Shown in pieces: positions 18,591 through 27,270 of a DNA stretch of 52,200 nt (its first letter is position 1; each line of letters begins with the position of its first letter). The stretch is from a virus (Duplodnaviria > Heunggongvirae > Uroviricota > Caudoviricetes): IMG/VR virus record IMGVR_UViG_3300022660_003821. One strand, given 5' to 3'. Under the pieces are notes generated by a model. The model searched no databases. It was given only the letters and a program-made list of their open reading frames with translations, and was not told where the DNA came from. A program made the position numbers and the translations under genes.

Positions 18591-18619
18591 ATGAATAGTT
18601 TTTTATAATAGGGGCGGTT
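18591..18619 (-). promoter_or_regulatory. Late-promoter motif AAC-N18-CTATTCAT ahead of avd-TR-RT; the AAC lies in the DGR hairpin arm
   Basis: atgaatag 18591-18598; gtt 18617-18619. Confidence 0.7.
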
Positions 18620-18635
18620 GAAAGAACCGCCCCTA
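18609..18635. promoter_or_regulatory. GC-rich hairpin/cruciform just downstream of the VR (DGR target-recognition element)
   Basis: TAGGGGCGGTT-GAAAG-AACCGCCCCTA, perfect 11-bp stem, 6 nt after the target stop codon. Confidence 0.85.
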
Positions 18636-18641
18636 AAAACA

Positions 18642-21600
18642 CTAAAATGCGCACACAGCCCTAACCACGTGACTGCCGTACTTGAGGTAGTAGCTGAAGT
18701 AACCATTGGAGAAGTGGACGAACCATGCGTTAGTCTGGTTGAACTCTGAACTAGTCCAGCGGTACGAGGCTGTATAATTAGCCATGACTGCATTATTGAT
18801 TGCATTAGCAAAAATATTCAAATCAGATGCAAGTCCCTGGCGATAATACCAATACTGCCTTACAAGTTCACCGATAGCTGGGAGATACCAGTTGTGTGCT
18901 TTGAACTTTGGTGCAAGTTCTTCACCATCTGCAACTGTTGGCTCATAAGCATAACAGTAAGAAGCCGCCGGCCAATAATACTGCTGATACTTTGCAGCAT
19001 TACCATTGTTCTCAATGATTTTGCTTATTAGCTCATACAGATTCTCCATCTCTGATTTAGTGCGAACACCATCTTTGAACTGTGCAGCTGGGATAGAAAG
19101 TCCAGCAGCATCAAGAACCTGATTACGATGAGCAATAATACCAAGAGTATGATGCAAACCTGTTGGTGCTTTTTCACCCTCATTAATTCCAGCTCCCGCA
19201 ACTTCAAACATAGAAGAAGTCAAGTCACGAAGCCCAATATCACCTGCACCCGTATTCTCACCTAACCCAGTAACAAAACCATATTTATCACCAGTGTCAG
19301 GATCACGATAGTTGTCGTCTCGAATATAGTTTGGAGAATTGTTTTCCGCAGCATTCTTCAGACCTGTTGAGCCAAAGTTTGTAATTGTAGAAATATCATA
19401 CACATTGGTGATTCCATCAAATGTAATATTGGTAATACCATTTGTGTTATCTCCACTATACAAGCCCCAAGGAATACTTGTAGAAGCATTGTAACCCTTG
19501 ATGTCGTCCAACGCAACCATACGTCTATCAGGTACACCATCTGCACGGTCCGTTTCACCGATATAGAAGCAAATACCGATAGGCGATTTCAGCGGATTCA
19601 ACATATCGCTATATGAGCCATCCGAAAACACATAGTCTCCTAATGCTGCCGGGCGGTCATACAAATACAAGTCTTTCGTTACGGTTAGTGTCTTTTCAGT
19701 GGTAACAATTGTACAAGTCAATTTGACGGTTAAAGCAGTTTCACTAATCTTATTTACTGTCACTTCACCCGTTCTTGGGTCCACTGACGCATAAGAAGAC
19801 GTTGGCATAGACCATTCCAGCGAAACAAAGTTGTTTGCGTTAGGACTATTTGGAATGATAGTAAACTTTCTCACATCAGCTGAACGGAAAGTATTATCGC
19901 CACCAATCTGAGCACTGTTAATAGAACGCTGTACATACGAAATACGAAGTGGGTTGGTTTCATTGTCGATATTGCCAAACTTCTCAATCAATGCCTTTTT
20001 AAGTTCAAAGGTCATATATTCAGTAGAAGCAAGCGATATGGTACCTGTAATATGAACATTTGGAATATTCACAAGCCAATTTAAGAAATCAGCAGTAACA
20101 TTTTCCCAGGCCACATCACGTACAGCCAACTTGGTCAATTTGCGATTCTCGTCTGTCTCATTGTGTTTTGCATCATACAACTCTGCAATCGTATTATACA
20201 AATCTAATGTACCGACATTATCACCAATAACAAACGATGTCAAATAACTGTATGCGTCAAGTGTCAACAGTGATAAGCTGGGCAGATCCTTAATTTCCAA
20301 CTCTGTCAAATACCCACCGAGTCTCACTTCAGACAGCAACTTAGCTGTTGGGAAAATAACAGAAGTAATCTTCGTACCACGAACATCCATTTTTAACAAA
20401 CGAATACTTCCACTGATGTCCAATTGACCTCCAAGTAAACTTTCACCATTAAGGTTCAACGATGTAATCAATGGTGTATTTACATTCAATCTACTTGGAC
20501 GGAACTCTGGATTGCCTGTTGGGGTTGCAACAATCTCAACAAGACGTTGGCCATTAATGGTAAAATCGTTTGTGGGGTTAACAGACAAATCACCCAAGTT
20601 ACCAAATGAACGATAATAGTTACCGCCTTTCAAACCGCATACAGTATCACCTAATGCTCCACTGTCATCTACAACAAAATGATACACCTCTTTTGGTGCT
20701 ACGCGAACATGAGGGTTGCGTAATGTTTGACCAACACGTGCGGTAGGATATAGATACTGATGAGGTACCACATCCAACACTACGGTAGGGCTACTACCAT
20801 CAATACGAGGATAAGTGTTGAAACCAAAACCGTTATCACCTGTCAAACTGAACTCTCCATAAGCTGCATACGAAGACATATATACCAAACGGCGTTTCAT
20901 ATACTGTCTCTCAGAAGCTAACTGATCTCCCAAAGACTGTGTAATAGGCTTAACGCTACGGTCAGACACAAACTTCAATGATGTGGGGTACTCGTAACGA
21001 ATACGAGCAGTCTCATTATACGCAACTGCTGGGAAGTATTCTTGAATTGCGAAAAAATATTTCTCCAGTGCGCCCCATGCAGATTTTTCTAACCCCTTCT
21101 TCTGGTCTTCAGCAGTAATTAAATCTGCCATAGAAGTCAAGATTGTATTCATCATCTCTGCTAACTCTGTAGTTCCGTTTTCCCACATCAACTCCATCAA
21201 GTTAAAGAGCACATTGCCGCCACCTTCAGTGTAAAGCAACTCGCCGGCATCAGAGTATGGGTGCATTCTATCAATATAGTATGGCTTAATCTGATAACCA
21301 GAGTTATTTGTCTTAAAGATAGTGTCCAAGTCATCTTGATGGGCCTCAATTAAGTGTGTGATAGGATCAAGAACCCAATATGTATTCTTAGAGTTGTTAT
21401 CAGTACCGGCTAAGAAATGGTTGACAAATGCGTAATGGAACATCAGCGATTTTACATTGAAGTATTCGCCGATAGTAGCCTTTGCATCAGCAACAATCGC
21501 AGCAATGAACGCAGAGTTAATTTCATCCCACGCACCTGCCGACAAACCATTCATGGCATTCGGATATAAGGTGTTAAGATTTTTAGTCTGGTAAATGCCG

Positions 21601-24600
21601 CCAATATTCAAACCTGCTGGAACCCATGTCTTGTTGATGAAATCATAACGATATACGTCATATATCGCAGCTCCACCTCCAGCACGTGTCATCCAATATT
21701 GCTTTTCGGTATTAACTGAAGTGTCTTCTAAGAATGCTTCAAGATTTCCATCTGTATATGGAAGAATCATTGGACAGTGCATGAACGCCCAGTTCCACGC
21801 TTCTTTATAATACTCTACAATATTGTCAAGTGGTTGGTCGGCTACATGACCTTCATCATCATCCTCTTCATACACCAAACCTGCATCAAAGTCCAAGCAG
21901 CCATCACCGTTGTACTCGAAATACTCTTCCTTGACGTTATAGGTTACATTGTCATCCCAAGGCACACGCATATCGGTTAGAGGCTTGTTATTATCAGAGC
22001 CTTCTAACATTGCAAAATCTGCATGTTCCGGGTTCTCATCATCATAACCCCAAGTTGGCTTATCCATTTTGCCGGGGCCAAATGTTCCCAATCCATGAAA
22101 TACAGGCTCGGTATCTTCTGGAGTCTGCAAGAAGTACAGGAATGGACGTTCCAATACAGTTACACGTGCTTTAGGGTCTGCTTTTTGTAATGAGTTCTTA
22201 CCAACAATAGCGGTATGTAACAAGTTATACAACTCAGTAGCACCTTGCTTATGGCTCTGCATTGAAGACGCATAGTTAATTTTCAATACCAACTTTTTAG
22301 CGGCTGGAACATCAGCGGAAAGCTGATACTTCATGCCATGATCAACGCCATTGCCGTCAACCCAGCCATCGTCTTTAATTTTATCGCCATTGCCGTCAAC
22401 TGTTTTGTTGACATCCCACTGAGGATTCCACCAGAAATAAGTTTTAGCGGTAGAGCCTTGGCCTTTACATGGCAATAACCCATACTTCTTACCAATAGTA
22501 CCACTATATTCGTTATTTGGTGTACCGTCAGGATTCAACTGAGAAATTTCAAGCCAACCTTTCTGACTATCTTGATTTGTGTGGTTAGGTTCATAACCAT
22601 GCCATACAAGCACATTGTATTTCTCCTTTGCCTTCTTGTAGCTGATAACACCATTTTCCATAATGTCATTAGCATCGCGGAACGCAATTTTTTCTGCCGA
22701 AGTGGGTAAGGTACTCATATAGTCTTTCATACACTCGTCAGCAGAAAGCACCTTCTTGTAGCATCTGATAGAATAGATGTCAATATCAGCATCTTCCTGA
22801 CCAATACGAATGCCGCCATGACCAGCACTTGTGATAAACTCATTTGCGTTAGTTATTTCAAATGGGAACTCACGATTGATTACACCATTAATGAAAATGC
22901 GCACTAAAGCGACTGTTTCCGTACTGGTGGTTGAAGAACGTAAAGCATGAACGACATTGATTGCAATATGGGTACGCACACCCTCTTCCCAACTAAAGTT
23001 CTGGTCTGCTTCAATAGCTGAACTACGAGTAAACAAGAAACCATCAAGAGGGCGCATATATAAACCAAGTGGCAATCCTGTTGCGGCAACCAATGAACAG
23101 ATTTGGATAATTGGATCTACCTCATTGGTGATGTTGTGTACAGCAAAGTCAAATTCCAGTGTCATACTGGAAGCCGTATTGGTCTTAAATGCTTCAAACG
23201 GCTCGTATGGAATAGTCAGATATTGCCCTGCAAGAATACGCAACACACGCTGCCCATCCTTAGCAGCAACCCAGCCGTCATTAACAAATCCAAAATTCTC
23301 AAATTTTGCTCCGGGTAATTCAACATTGTCCTTTGCAGCATTGAGAATACGGTCTGGAGCGATCTCACTATTATTGCGAATTTTAGGGTTCAAAAAGAAA
23401 TCTGCACCACTTGTAGGACTGAATTTTTCTTTGTTATCAACATTGATAATTGCGATAGAAGAACCTGTACTTTCAAGCAAGAAATCTTGATATGTCTCGC
23501 CGTCTTTGCGATATACGTGCAAATATCCATACACAATATCATCTGTGTCGTTCTCAATCTCTACAGTCGTGATAAATGAATATTGTTGCTGAGGTGAGGC
23601 TTCATCTTCAACGCGCAAATACTCATTACTTTCAGAATCATCAGTCAACACAAACGCCAACTCCATATTCTCCCCAGAAGGGTTATATATGGCGTAATCG
23701 AACAAATTGGTTTGTTCATAGTTGGTAACATCTAACTTCAAGTTTTGAAGCAAAAGGTAAGGTGTCATATCTGAAGCATCTCTCACAACCATAATAGAAT
23801 TTGTGATATGCTCAGATTCAAGACTTGCACCATCGCCATCAACACAAGTAAGCCATGACTCTACTGTGTGTACACCATGAGTCAACAGTTTCACTGCCTG
23901 AGTTGATGAGTCTGTAATTGACTGTGTAGTATATGTTGAAGTTGTATATGTGCCGGTGCCAATAGGATATTCAATTTCACGAATACCGCCTTCACCACTG
24001 ATCTTCAAGTGCAATGTCTTTGATACACCAGCTCCATATATATAGTATGAGAACTGTAAATAATCATTGGTAACTGGAAGATGATAGTCTGTGGCCATTT
24101 CCAGTCTCAAAGATGTCAATACTACTGAATCAAAAATGATATAGTTAGACGGAGAACCAAATGATTCATCAACAACATACACACGCACACGGTTAGCACC
24201 TGTTGCCAAATATTCCGTAATATCAATTTCATCATAGTTAGCAGTTGCACTCTTTGATGCTAAAGCCATTGAACCTTTCGTTACCCACTGACCATTCTCA
24301 TAGGTTTGGATATACAGCGTACCACTGTTACCTGTATCATATCCACCTGTTGTACTGGTAAATAAAAGATGCAATACAAGCGAGCCGGTAATACTTACCA
24401 GGTTCGTTGTACTATCTGTGGTTTTCAAAAGAATTTCTGTTCCTTCTGCGGTGTACGGAAGAGTAACTGCTCCGTCAGCATTAGGGGTGTAAGTCTGGCT
24501 ACCCATAATTACACTCTTCACGCTTTTTTGATTTTCTTGCACAGCTGCAACCAGTCTCTTAAACTCCTCTGCCGTCAATTTCTCATTGGCTGGAATGCTC

Positions 24601-24665
24601 TCTGTGGCTGCTTGCTGGCTGGCATTGTTCTGTTTGTTAAGCAGATCTGAAATGTCTGTTGCCAT
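18642..24665 (-). CDS. DGR target: giant tail/receptor-binding protein (LamG-like, CotH-like kinase, LRR, Ig-like, C-terminal C-type-lectin/DUF1566-like VR domain)
   Basis: VR at the C-terminus; WYLPAIGEL...W.SSE...AW.V.F CLec-type motif; THIAI...IFINGV...IRIG...IYSIRCY LamG-like motif; KGQGST, DNNSKNTY and QDDLDT kinase-like motifs. Confidence 0.85.
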   Translation of the reverse strand: MATDISDLLNKQNNASQQAATESIPANEKLTAEEFKRLVAAVQENQKSVKSVIMGSQTYTPNADGAVTLPYTAEGTEILLKTTDSTTNLVSITGSLVLHLLFTSTTGGYDTGNSGTLYIQTYENGQWVTKGSMALASKSATANYDEIDITEYLATGANRVRVYVVDESFGSPSNYIIFDSVVLTSLRLEMATDYHLPVTNDYLQFSYYIYGAGVSKTLHLKISGEGGIREIEYPIGTGTYTTSTYTTQSITDSSTQAVKLLTHGVHTVESWLTCVDGDGASLESEHITNSIMVVRDASDMTPYLLLQNLKLDVTNYEQTNLFDYAIYNPSGENMELAFVLTDDSESNEYLRVEDEASPQQQYSFITTVEIENDTDDIVYGYLHVYRKDGETYQDFLLESTGSSIAIINVDNKEKFSPTSGADFFLNPKIRNNSEIAPDRILNAAKDNVELPGAKFENFGFVNDGWVAAKDGQRVLRILAGQYLTIPYEPFEAFKTNTASSMTLEFDFAVHNITNEVDPIIQICSLVAATGLPLGLYMRPLDGFLFTRSSAIEADQNFSWEEGVRTHIAINVVHALRSSTTSTETVALVRIFINGVINREFPFEITNANEFITSAGHGGIRIGQEDADIDIYSIRCYKKVLSADECMKDYMSTLPTSAEKIAFRDANDIMENGVISYKKAKEKYNVLVWHGYEPNHTNQDSQKGWLEISQLNPDGTPNNEYSGTIGKKYGLLPCKGQGSTAKTYFWWNPQWDVNKTVDGNGDKIKDDGWVDGNGVDHGMKYQLSADVPAAKKLVLKINYASSMQSHKQGATELYNLLHTAIVGKNSLQKADPKARVTVLERPFLYFLQTPEDTEPVFHGLGTFGPGKMDKPTWGYDDENPEHADFAMLEGSDNNKPLTDMRVPWDDNVTYNVKEEYFEYNGDGCLDFDAGLVYEEDDDEGHVADQPLDNIVEYYKEAWNWAFMHCPMILPYTDGNLEAFLEDTSVNTEKQYWMTRAGGGAAIYDVYRYDFINKTWVPAGLNIGGIYQTKNLNTLYPNAMNGLSAGAWDEINSAFIAAIVADAKATIGEYFNVKSLMFHYAFVNHFLAGTDNNSKNTYWVLDPITHLIEAHQDDLDTIFKTNNSGYQIKPYYIDRMHPYSDAGELLYTEGGGNVLFNLMELMWENGTTELAEMMNTILTSMADLITAEDQKKGLEKSAWGALEKYFFAIQEYFPAVAYNETARIRYEYPTSLKFVSDRSVKPITQSLGDQLASERQYMKRRLVYMSSYAAYGEFSLTGDNGFGFNTYPRIDGSSPTVVLDVVPHQYLYPTARVGQTLRNPHVRVAPKEVYHFVVDDSGALGDTVCGLKGGNYYRSFGNLGDLSVNPTNDFTINGQRLVEIVATPTGNPEFRPSRLNVNTPLITSLNLNGESLLGGQLDISGSIRLLKMDVRGTKITSVIFPTAKLLSEVRLGGYLTELEIKDLPSLSLLTLDAYSYLTSFVIGDNVGTLDLYNTIAELYDAKHNETDENRKLTKLAVRDVAWENVTADFLNWLVNIPNVHITGTISLASTEYMTFELKKALIEKFGNIDNETNPLRISYVQRSINSAQIGGDNTFRSADVRKFTIIPNSPNANNFVSLEWSMPTSSYASVDPRTGEVTVNKISETALTVKLTCTIVTTEKTLTVTKDLYLYDRPAALGDYVFSDGSYSDMLNPLKSPIGICFYIGETDRADGVPDRRMVALDDIKGYNASTSIPWGLYSGDNTNGITNITFDGITNVYDISTITNFGSTGLKNAAENNSPNYIRDDNYRDPDTGDKYGFVTGLGENTGAGDIGLRDLTSSMFEVAGAGINEGEKAPTGLHHTLGIIAHRNQVLDAAGLSIPAAQFKDGVRTKSEMENLYELISKIIENNGNAAKYQQYYWPAASYCYAYEPTVADGEELAPKFKAHNWYLPAIGELVRQYWYYRQGLASDLNIFANAINNAVMANYTASYRWTSSEFNQTNAWFVHFSNGYFSYYLKYGSHVVRAVCAF
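18645..18772 (-). repeat. DGR variable repeat (VR) at the 3' end of the 2007-aa gene
   Basis: 16 mismatches to the TR: 15 at TR adenines and one G>C. VR reads SYRWTSSEFNQTNAWFVHFSNGYFSYYLKYGSHVVRAVCAF; TR reads SNRWSSSEYNQTNAWNVNFSNGNFNNNNKYNSNVVRAVCEF. Confidence 0.97.
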
Positions 24666-24720
24666 TATTTGATAGTTTATACATTTAAGGAGAAGTTGAA
24701 ACTCATCAAATGAATATTAT

Positions 24721-24749
24721 ATGAATAGTGGAAGAGTGCATTGCAGGTC
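24721..24749 (-). promoter_or_regulatory. Late-promoter motif variant GAC-N18-CTATTCAT ahead of the DGR target
   Basis: atgaatag 24721-24728; gtc 24747-24749. Confidence 0.6.
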
Positions 24750-24813
24750 AACCAAAATCCTCAATTTTATCATGCAGCCCACCCAGAATAGGTGGAGCTG
24801 CACAATATTATAT

Positions 24814-27270
24814 TTAGAAGATAACCGGGAACGTGTATGGGAATACTGAGCTACCGTTTTGTAATTCACAAATGAATAAGTCAGAACCGCTAATCCTATA
24901 TCCGAGTGTAATAGATTGTTGTGTGCGGTCTATTGCTTCTTGTATCAAGTTACCGTCTCCATCATATTGCTCTTGAAACCAGGTCGTGTCCTCATTTTCA
25001 ATATCTGGAAGGTTATATTTTTTCCATACAAAGGTGAAGTTCTCAGCAACAAATTCATCGTCAACCAAATTGCCTTGATAATACACCGATGCCCTCAAAG
25101 TTGTGGCACACTTGCCATTTTTGAAAGAATCGCCCTGTGTTGAACTTACCTTTACCGTATAACCAAGGATATATTGCTTACGAATGGTAAATGTGTCAAT
25201 ATAGACATTAGTTCCAATCGTGACTTCACATTTAACTGTCAATACGCTACTGTCATTCCAATACTTACCATCAGGAAGGATTGTTAATGTTTTAGCATTA
25301 GCATTAGAAAATTTAACCCACTCATCATCCTTCAAATAATACCATTTTCTTTGACTTGATGTAGAAGTGATATTCTCCTCTGTCATTGTCAGCAATATTG
25401 ACTGCGGGTATAATTGGGTTGATGAGGAAGAATCATCACCAAGCAAGGTAAACGTGTCAGCACCTGTGATACGAATTGATTTTGATACAACCGCCTGTTG
25501 AAAAGAAGAACCAAGGTTGTGCCAATTCAAAGTTACTTCATCACCAAACACCACTTTCCCGTCAGCTCCCCAAGAAATGTTTTTATTAGCCAAATAACCA
25601 GAGCCATCCGTGCGTAACAAAAACGAGTTGGTACGTGTACCAATACTACCTTCTCCATCAAAGTTCAATTGCAGCAATGGATTCTGAATTGTTCCTCCAA
25701 TACCACCTCGATTAAACCAAGCACCATAGTCTTCTGTGAAATTTAATATTTCATCTGTTGGCTGGTATTGTGTGACTGTTTTACCCAACTCTAACTGTGG
25801 CGCAGTAAAATAAAGCAATGGCTCATCTGGCACAACCTCATCTTGTGCAACAATACTACTATCGTCTGAAATAGCATCAGAATCAGATTCGGTAAACATA
25901 GGATGAATAGAGAGTATGAGGTCCTCACCATCTGCATCAATCAGATTAAATGGGACACTCAACCTGTGCCACCCATGAGTCTCGGTATTATACACCTGTA
26001 AAATGCCTACAAGATGTCCATTCTGGGAAATTTCTAATTGACATGGGGATTTTGCGTATGTCCAAAACGAGAAACAATAACCCTTATCAATACGCTTCGC
26101 CAGCCAATCTGCATTCTGCGCAATCATTTCCACCTTATCTGTAATTGTATAGACATTACCCATACCAGTAGGATTGGCAACTGTATCATTGATGACTATC
26201 GCATTTGTAAAATTGACATCCAATGAGTTGAGAAACGCATTGCGATGTATTTTACCTGCATAGAATGTAGAGCCAAATCCATTTTCATCCCCAGCAGTCA
26301 AAGTACCAGAAATATGGGCTGATGCAGAAGCAAACAGTTTTTGTAGATACCCGCCATATCCGTCTAATTTCCCAAATACAGGGTCAGATATACCACTCAG
26401 CTTACCAATCCTCATCTGGCTTGCGTCCATAAAATTTGCCACACTGGATAGCAAAATTATGTTCAGGTCTGCAATCCATACTTCATCATTAGCTGCCATA
26501 GAGGACAAATCTAACTTAAATGAACGCAAATGTCTTCCAGACCAATCAACAGTAATCGCATGTAATTTATATTGCCATTCTGTAGTGATGTGAACATCAA
26601 CCGAGCCGTCTATACGCACATCGTCTATATAGCCTAACGATGCTGTAGCAGACAAAGGTGTCGATGCCTTAACCTTATAGGAAATCAATACTCTATTCGG
26701 ATTTGCCACATATTGATAGAAATCTTGTTTCAATCCAACAAACCCATCATACGGAGTATCATCTCGCTGAATATGGCAAATTCTGGAGTGCTCTGTATCA
26801 TTTCGTGTATAGTCACACGCAACACATTCAGTACCATATACAACATATTGTGATGTAGAATCTATTTGTTCTGTATTAGCAATGTTTTCCGGCCAACACA
26901 AACTCGCATTTCTACCAATACCATCAATAATGTCCATATATGGAGCTTGATCATCGCTTGCTGTTAAATACAATGCACCAGATCTATTCAAGTCGAACAA
27001 GTTGGTAATTCTTGCAAAATCAAGAATCTCACTTGTTTTTGGGACATCACCCTCCAATAAGGCTCCAATAAAATATGGTTGCTCTTGTACGACATTGTTC
27101 TCATCTACAATCTTATCAACGCCATAATCCAAAACGCACATAAGAGAATAGATGAGATTCTTGCCGTCAAAATATTGCCTTCTGACTATATCGCCAGTTT
27201 TTAACCCTTGTGTTTTCTTTGTGTCATAACGAAGGGATATACGATACTTCTTATAATCAAAAACAGCCAT
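24814..27270 (-). CDS. Tail/baseplate-associated structural protein
   Basis: In the tail module; contains QLELGKTVTQYQP (CBM-like end motif) and GSGYLANKNISW, shared with the 836-aa fibre. Confidence 0.6.
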   Translation of the reverse strand: MAVFDYKKYRISLRYDTKKTQGLKTGDIVRRQYFDGKNLIYSLMCVLDYGVDKIVDENNVVQEQPYFIGALLEGDVPKTSEILDFARITNLFDLNRSGALYLTASDDQAPYMDIIDGIGRNASLCWPENIANTEQIDSTSQYVVYGTECVACDYTRNDTEHSRICHIQRDDTPYDGFVGLKQDFYQYVANPNRVLISYKVKASTPLSATASLGYIDDVRIDGSVDVHITTEWQYKLHAITVDWSGRHLRSFKLDLSSMAANDEVWIADLNIILLSSVANFMDASQMRIGKLSGISDPVFGKLDGYGGYLQKLFASASAHISGTLTAGDENGFGSTFYAGKIHRNAFLNSLDVNFTNAIVINDTVANPTGMGNVYTITDKVEMIAQNADWLAKRIDKGYCFSFWTYAKSPCQLEISQNGHLVGILQVYNTETHGWHRLSVPFNLIDADGEDLILSIHPMFTESDSDAISDDSSIVAQDEVVPDEPLLYFTAPQLELGKTVTQYQPTDEILNFTEDYGAWFNRGGIGGTIQNPLLQLNFDGEGSIGTRTNSFLLRTDGSGYLANKNISWGADGKVVFGDEVTLNWHNLGSSFQQAVVSKSIRITGADTFTLLGDDSSSSTQLYPQSILLTMTEENITSTSSQRKWYYLKDDEWVKFSNANAKTLTILPDGKYWNDSSVLTVKCEVTIGTNVYIDTFTIRKQYILGYTVKVSSTQGDSFKNGKCATTLRASVYYQGNLVDDEFVAENFTFVWKKYNLPDIENEDTTWFQEQYDGDGNLIQEAIDRTQQSITLGYRISGSDLFICELQNGSSVFPYTFPVIF

